Shown here one piece after another: positions 59,508-64,000 of a DNA stretch of 64,000 nucleotides. Source of the stretch: Patescibacteria group bacterium (lineage in GTDB: Bacteria > Patescibacteriota > Patescibacteriia > Magasanikbacterales > GWA2-37-8); the NCBI GenBank assembly GCA_028688375.1, contig JAQTYG010000001.1, positions 99,345 to 163,344 of the forward strand. The letters run 5' to 3'. The notes below the pieces were generated by a model. The model saw only the letters and a program-made list of their open reading frames with translations. It searched no databases and had not been told where the DNA came from. Within the stretch, counting starts at the first letter, position 1; every line of letters starts with the position of its first letter. A program made the translations under genes and the position numbers.

Positions 59508-59573
59508 AATATCAATCATTGCCGCGATATCAACGCCCTTCCGAAGAAAGACTACACCGCAATGATTGATATT
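59508..59573 (-). promoter_or_regulatory. Long hairpin in the infA-rpmJ spacer (candidate r-protein leader or processing site)
   Basis: 15-bp perfect IR AATATCAATCATTGC / GCAATGATTGATATT; on the mRNA strand capped by GUCUUUC-UUCG-GAAGGGC. Confidence 0.6.
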
Positions 59574-59588
59574 CTACTTATTATTTCT

Positions 59589-59804
59589 TTAAAATCGAAA
59601 GGTGATCCTGCCTTTGGTCAAATCATACGGGGTCATTTCCACTTTAACTTTGTCCCCGATGCTTAACCGAATCTTATTCAACCGCATTTTTCCGGCCAGA
59701 TGCGCGATCACTTGCTGACCGCTTTCCAATCTGACACGAAAAGTTCCCGCTGGCAACAATTCTTCAATCTTCCCCTCGATTTCAATTGTATCTTTGTTGG
59801 CCAT
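59589..59804 (-). CDS. infA: Translation initiation factor IF-1
   Basis: [31 protein letters not shown]. Confidence 0.98.
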   Translation of the reverse strand: MANKDTIEIEGKIEELLPAGTFRVRLESGQQVIAHLAGKMRLNKIRLSIGDKVKVEMTPYDLTKGRITFRF

Positions 59805-59826
59805 CTTTTGGTTAAATTATGTGGGC

Positions 59827-59855
59827 ATTTTAGCCCAAAGCTGAATAAAAGTCAA
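59827..59855 (-). promoter_or_regulatory. infA promoter
   Basis: Minus strand TTGACT-N17-TAAAAT. Confidence 0.65.
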
Positions 59856-59930
59856 GCTGATTTGGCCGGTTTCCCGGATAACTTGTGCCGTGTGCTGATA
59901 TTTTTGCTAAAATAAGCCAAAAAAATGATG

Positions 59931-60398
59931 CTATTCAATGACGTCTCTGTTACCCGCGTCGGGCTTATTCACAGGTAACGCCGGCTGAAAAACCCGATAA
60001 ACAAAATATCGATAAAGCAAGAAATTCCAAGCCACGGCAATGGCGATATTTATTACTCTGGCCAAAAGATAATTCAGGCCCAGTCGTTCATTAAAAAACC
60101 ACATCCAAATAACAGCGATTAAATAGTTGACGCCGGCGACGCACAAAAATTTAACGGCCTGACGCGTGGTCATGCCCTGCGCCTTAAACGACCAATACTT
60201 ATTTACAAAAAAAACAAAATTCAAAAGAAAAATTTGGTTGATGATAACCGCGTAAACCGGACGCAAACCGGCGTATTCCTTAAGCGCGTATAAAGAAATA
60301 ATATCTAAAATCACCGCGCTGATGCCGGTGATAAAATATTTTATAAATTGGTGGCGCATGGACCACGCCCAGCGTATAAGTTTTAAAATCATAGTCAC
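59931..60398 (-). CDS. GtrA family membrane protein
   Basis: QFIKYFITG, NKYWSF, WNFLLYRYFVY. Confidence 0.85.
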   Translation of the reverse strand: MTMILKLIRWAWSMRHQFIKYFITGISAVILDIISLYALKEYAGLRPVYAVIINQIFLLNFVFFVNKYWSFKAQGMTTRQAVKFLCVAGVNYLIAVIWMWFFNERLGLNYLLARVINIAIAVAWNFLLYRYFVYRVFQPALPVNKPDAGNRDVIE

Positions 60399-62245
60399 GA
60401 GAGCGTCGCTTTAATCCGACGCACGCCGGCGCTAACCGCTTCTTCTTTGATAATTTTAAATTTGCCCAATACGGCGGTGTTGGCCACGTGCGGACCGCCG
60501 CAAATTTCTTTACTAAAGGCGAGCGAATTTTCCCGCGCCTCCGGCGCTTCATTCGGATCACCGACAGAATAAACTTTCACCTTAGCGCCATATTTATCTT
60601 CAAACAATCCCATAGCGCCGCCGGCTTTGGCTTCAACTACGGTTGTTCCCGCGAATGAAACCGGATAATCGCGTTTGATGGCGTAATTTACCAATTCCTC
60701 CACGCGAGATTTTTGCTCGTCGGTCATTTTTTCCGGATGCGAAAAATCAAAACGTAACCGCTCGGCGGTGATATTACTGCCCCGTTGCGCCACGTGTTCT
60801 CCCAGCACGGCGCGCAGAGCGGCATGAAGCAGATGCGTGGCCGTGTGATACTTGACCGACATTTCACCGCTATCGGCTAAACCGCCTTTAAATTTTTGCT
60901 CCGCTCCGGCGCGGGATAAATCCTGATGGGCGCGAAAGGCGTGCTCAAAACCCTCGACTTCCACCGATAAACCATTCTCATTGGCTAACTCCAAAGTCAT
61001 TTCTAAAGGAAAACCATAGGATTCATAAAGTTTAAATGCCTGTTTGCCGGAAATTTCCGTTACCCTCTCCCCTGTTTTCTCCAAAGCGATGCGGAAACCG
61101 TCTAAAAGTTTTTCAAATTCTTTCAAACCTTGTTCAATGGTATTTCTAAACTTACTCTCCTCGGCGGCTATTTCATTCAAAATGAATTCGCGGTTGCGGA
61201 GTGCTTCGGGATAAATAGCTTTAAAAATTTTAATGACTTCCTCGGCGATTTTAGAACAAAAGTTTTCCCGAATACCAAGCAAACGCCCATGGCGCACGGC
61301 TCGGCGAATTAATCGGCGAACAACATAACCTTGATCGACATTGCTCGGCGCGATACCCTTGTCGTCGCCCATAATCATGGTAGCGGCGCGCAGATGATCG
61401 GCAATAATACGCATGGAACGAACCGTCTCGGCGGATTCAACGTATTCTCTCCCTGATACGTCCTGAATTTTTTTAATAATCGGCCATAAAGTATCGACCT
61501 GGTACACGTCCTTAAAACCGTTCAGGGTAACCAGGGTGCGTTCCAGTCCCATGCCCGTATCGACGTTTTTTTGTTTTAGCGGTTCGAATTTTCCCGCCGC
61601 GTTCTTGTTGTATTGCATGAATACATTATTCCAAATTTCCAGCCAATTCTTCGAGTCATTGGCCGGATTGCTACTTTCGGGAGGGTGCGCGCCTTCGCCC
61701 TTCCACCAAAAAATTTCCGTATCCGGACCGCACGGACCGGTCTGCCCGGCCGGACTCCACCAATTATCAGCTTTGGGCAAATAAGCGATTTTGCTCTCAG
61801 GCAGGCCGAGTTCTTTCCATGCTTGCGCCGACTCGTCGTCTCGAGGCGCGTCGCCATCGCCGGCAAAAACCGTGACGGAGATTTTTTTCGGATCTAAATT
61901 GAGCCAGGCCGGCGAAGTCAAAAATTCCCAACTCCAAGCGATTGATTCTTTTTTCCAATAATCTCCCAGCGACCAGTTGCCCAGCATTTCAAAAAAAGTA
62001 CCGTGGCAATCGTCGCCGACTTCATCAATGTCATTGGTGCGAACGCATTTCTGCGTGTTCACCAAACGGTCGCCCTCGGGATGCGGCTCGCCGAGCAAAT
62101 ACGGCACCAACGGATGCATGCCGGCGGTGGTAAATAAAACCGTTGGGTCATTTTCGGGAATTAAAGAAGCCGAGGGAATAATTTTATGCCCCTTGGCCAC
62201 AAAAAAATCCAAAAATTTCTGGCGCAGTTCAACGGAAGTAATCAT
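60395..62245 (-). CDS. alaS: Alanyl-tRNA synthetase (no C-Ala domain)
   Basis: LFTTAGM, FFEMLGNWS, GPCGPDTEI, DTGMGLER, HTATHLL, CGGPHV; ends right after GVRRIKA. Confidence 0.96.
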   Translation of the reverse strand: MITSVELRQKFLDFFVAKGHKIIPSASLIPENDPTVLFTTAGMHPLVPYLLGEPHPEGDRLVNTQKCVRTNDIDEVGDDCHGTFFEMLGNWSLGDYWKKESIAWSWEFLTSPAWLNLDPKKISVTVFAGDGDAPRDDESAQAWKELGLPESKIAYLPKADNWWSPAGQTGPCGPDTEIFWWKGEGAHPPESSNPANDSKNWLEIWNNVFMQYNKNAAGKFEPLKQKNVDTGMGLERTLVTLNGFKDVYQVDTLWPIIKKIQDVSGREYVESAETVRSMRIIADHLRAATMIMGDDKGIAPSNVDQGYVVRRLIRRAVRHGRLLGIRENFCSKIAEEVIKIFKAIYPEALRNREFILNEIAAEESKFRNTIEQGLKEFEKLLDGFRIALEKTGERVTEISGKQAFKLYESYGFPLEMTLELANENGLSVEVEGFEHAFRAHQDLSRAGAEQKFKGGLADSGEMSVKYHTATHLLHAALRAVLGEHVAQRGSNITAERLRFDFSHPEKMTDEQKSRVEELVNYAIKRDYPVSFAGTTVVEAKAGGAMGLFEDKYGAKVKVYSVGDPNEAPEARENSLAFSKEICGGPHVANTAVLGKFKIIKEEAVSAGVRRIKATLS

Positions 62246-62249
62246 AGTT

Positions 62250-62798
62250 TTAAAAACGATTTGGTTTAATCTTTAACCAATAGCCGATCAGATTAACCAG
62301 CGGATGAATTAAACCAAAAATTACCAACGCTGTCAACCAATAAATCCAACCAATATTGATATAGAAACCGGCAAAAATCAAAGCGCCGAAAATCCAATCC
62401 AATTGATCGAGCGGCACCCACGATTTTCCCGAAGCGATCCCCAGTCTTCTTTTAAAAAAACTTTTCAACAAATCACCGGCCAGAGCGCCGCCACCAAGCA
62501 ACGCCCCCAAATAAAAAATATTGATGGCGCCAAAATCGACCGGGGAAATTTGGGCTAGTCTGTCTGAAAATAACGATAGTACCCAAACCGTAAAAATCGA
62601 ACAAATAATTCCCACGAAAAAACCGCGATAAGTTTTATTGGCGCCAAAAATAGGCCGTCCGCCCCATTGTTTATTAAAATCGACCGGCGTATTTAAAAAG
62701 GGCAACCATTGAAACAGCACGGGAGCCATATTGGCCATGCCGGCCGGCAACATCAACAAAATTGTCCCTCCTATAACCAACCACATAATTTGTTTCAA
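62250..62798 (-). CDS. CDP-archaeol synthase (CarS/DUF46)-like cytidylyltransferase
   Basis: PA..ANMAPV, PVDF.....G..IFG.NKTYRG, GDL.KSFFKRR.GI..G...PLDQLD. Confidence 0.8.
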   Translation of the reverse strand: MKQIMWLVIGGTILLMLPAGMANMAPVLFQWLPFLNTPVDFNKQWGGRPIFGANKTYRGFFVGIICSIFTVWVLSLFSDRLAQISPVDFGAINIFYLGALLGGGALAGDLLKSFFKRRLGIASGKSWVPLDQLDWIFGALIFAGFYINIGWIYWLTALVIFGLIHPLVNLIGYWLKIKPNRF

Positions 62799-62810
62799 TT
62801 AAAACCCGCA

Positions 62811-63437
62811 TTATTTCCTGACACCCATTTTTTTCCAACGCCACTGAATATAGGCCCAAAAATAGACGGACAAACCAGTGGCTAAAATATTAGACGCTAC
62901 GAGCGCATAATTTAACCATTTCAAATCCGCCGGACAATACCAGCAAAAAAGAAACGCCACCAAAACTACCGCTTTGACATAAGTAACTTTGGGGTAAGGT
63001 TTGATCAGCCAATCACTGGGAAGAAATTCTTGTTTTTTAATGATGGCCAGCAAATAAACAATGGGCAGAATGAATAAATTATAAAAAACCAAAAAAATAC
63101 TGCCGGAAAAATCTAAAATAAAAAAGAGTAAAAAACAAAATAAAATATTATCGACAAAAACATCTAAAAATTTCCCGCGATCGCTGGCTTTATTTTGATA
63201 ACGCGCCAAAGATCCATCCAACACGTCTAGAATAATAGCGGTAAGCCAAAGACCGACGGCTAAATTTTGCCGATCTGTAAAAAAATAAAAATAAACCGCC
63301 ACGATGCCTAAAATCAATCTGAAATTAGTCAGGCGGTCGGCCGTAATTTTCGCTTGAGTTAAAACAAATAAAATCGGCCTGAATAATCGGCCGCGCCAAA
63401 CTTGGGATAGAATATTGAGGCGATCAACTAAGCCCAT
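62811..63437 (-). CDS. CDP-alcohol phosphatidyltransferase
   Basis: D..DG..AR....S..G..LD...D signature (LDVLDGSLARYQNKASDRGKFLDVFVD). Confidence 0.9.
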   Translation of the reverse strand: MGLVDRLNILSQVWRGRLFRPILFVLTQAKITADRLTNFRLILGIVAVYFYFFTDRQNLAVGLWLTAIILDVLDGSLARYQNKASDRGKFLDVFVDNILFCFLLFFILDFSGSIFLVFYNLFILPIVYLLAIIKKQEFLPSDWLIKPYPKVTYVKAVVLVAFLFCWYCPADLKWLNYALVASNILATGLSVYFWAYIQWRWKKMGVRK

Positions 63438-63456
63438 AAAATAAAACGAGAGATAA

Positions 63457-63699
63457 TTATATTTTTTTTCTAATATCCGCTACTACATCTTTAAGCGAAT
63501 AAATCGCCCAAACTGCGTTAAGCAATACGAAGGGATAGCCTTTTGTCAATAACCCGTAATAAACCAGCAAGCCACTGCCGATTAAATTTACCAGATCATA
63601 AGCCAAATCATCATTTTTCCAAATATTGGCCTGGCCTAAAATAAAAGCCGTAAGAATGCAGGCCATGCCTAAAATTCCAATAATCAAAGTAAAGTCCAT
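63457..63699 (-). CDS. Small membrane protein (CBU_0592-like)
   Basis: IGILG....L.AF, Y...NLIGS, YPF..LN.VW; ATG 63699. Confidence 0.65.
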   Translation of the reverse strand: MDFTLIIGILGMACILTAFILGQANIWKNDDLAYDLVNLIGSGLLVYYGLLTKGYPFVLLNAVWAIYSLKDVVADIRKKI

Positions 63700-63700
63700 A

Positions 63701-64000
63701 CTAAATAATTTCGCCACCGCCTAAGCATTCACCTTTCGAGTAAAATACGGCAAACTGCCCAGGCGTCACCGCCCGTTGGGGCTTATTAAAGACGACACGA
63801 TTTTTCTTTACCACGCACTGCTGCAATGGCTGCCGATGACGCAATCTCACTTCACATTTTAGCGGAAATTTAGGCGCGCGTCCAGCAATCCAATTGATAT
63901 TTTTTACTTCGATCTCTTTCTTATACAGCAAAACGTCATTCTCGTGGCCAACAATCAATTCGTTCTTGGCCATATTTTTCGCCACCACATAAAACGGTTT
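63701..64000 (-). CDS. mnmA: tRNA 2-thiouridylase MnmA, C-terminal part (truncated by window edge)
   Basis: PFYVVAK....NELIVG, RLRHRQ, PQRAVTPGQFAVFY...CLGGG. Confidence 0.9.
   Translation of the reverse strand, partial: KPFYVVAKNMAKNELIVGHENDVLLYKKEIEVKNINWIAGRAPKFPLKCEVRLRHRQPLQQCVVKKNRVVFNKPQRAVTPGQFAVFYSKGECLGGGEII

Overview
A 64-kb chromosomal segment of a Patescibacteria/CPR bacterium. The Parcubacteria-like assignment is inferred from gene content, AT-rich leaders without Shine-Dalgarno (SD) sequences, and truncated RpoA/AlaS/L13; TGA is used as a stop. It is mostly housekeeping: end of proS, thiI and an Rrf2-iscS-iscU-ferredoxin cluster, rsmI, metG, a complete F0F1 ATP synthase operon, a UvrD-nuclease, mreBCD-mrdA, greA, lysS, serS, alr, ftsQ-like, HNH + Xer recombinase, csp, M23, gltX, clpB, priA-def-fmt, a surface polysaccharide block, the infA/alpha ribosomal operon, alaS, two CDP-lipid enzymes and the end of mnmA. 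The most notable accessory signals are: (1) a stand-alone radical SAM gene preceded by an unannotated 28-aa peptide ORF and a stem-loop (RiPP-like cassette); (2) a four-helix-bundle (IVP/Avd-like) gene inserted between atpG and atpD and bracketed by inverted 8-bp tandem repeats, plus two 'empty' inverted heptamer arrays and heptamer arrays inside CDSs; (3) three orphan genes with strong SD sequences whose 3' UTRs carry complementary anti-SD tracts; (4) palindromic elements inserted in frame in tatD and atpH; (5) an unannotated 47-aa, 11-Cys metallothionein-like ORF; (6) a dif-like inverted repeat over the promoter of the HNH-xer pair. No rRNA, tRNA or CRISPR array was seen. All calls come from reading the sequence; no searches were run.
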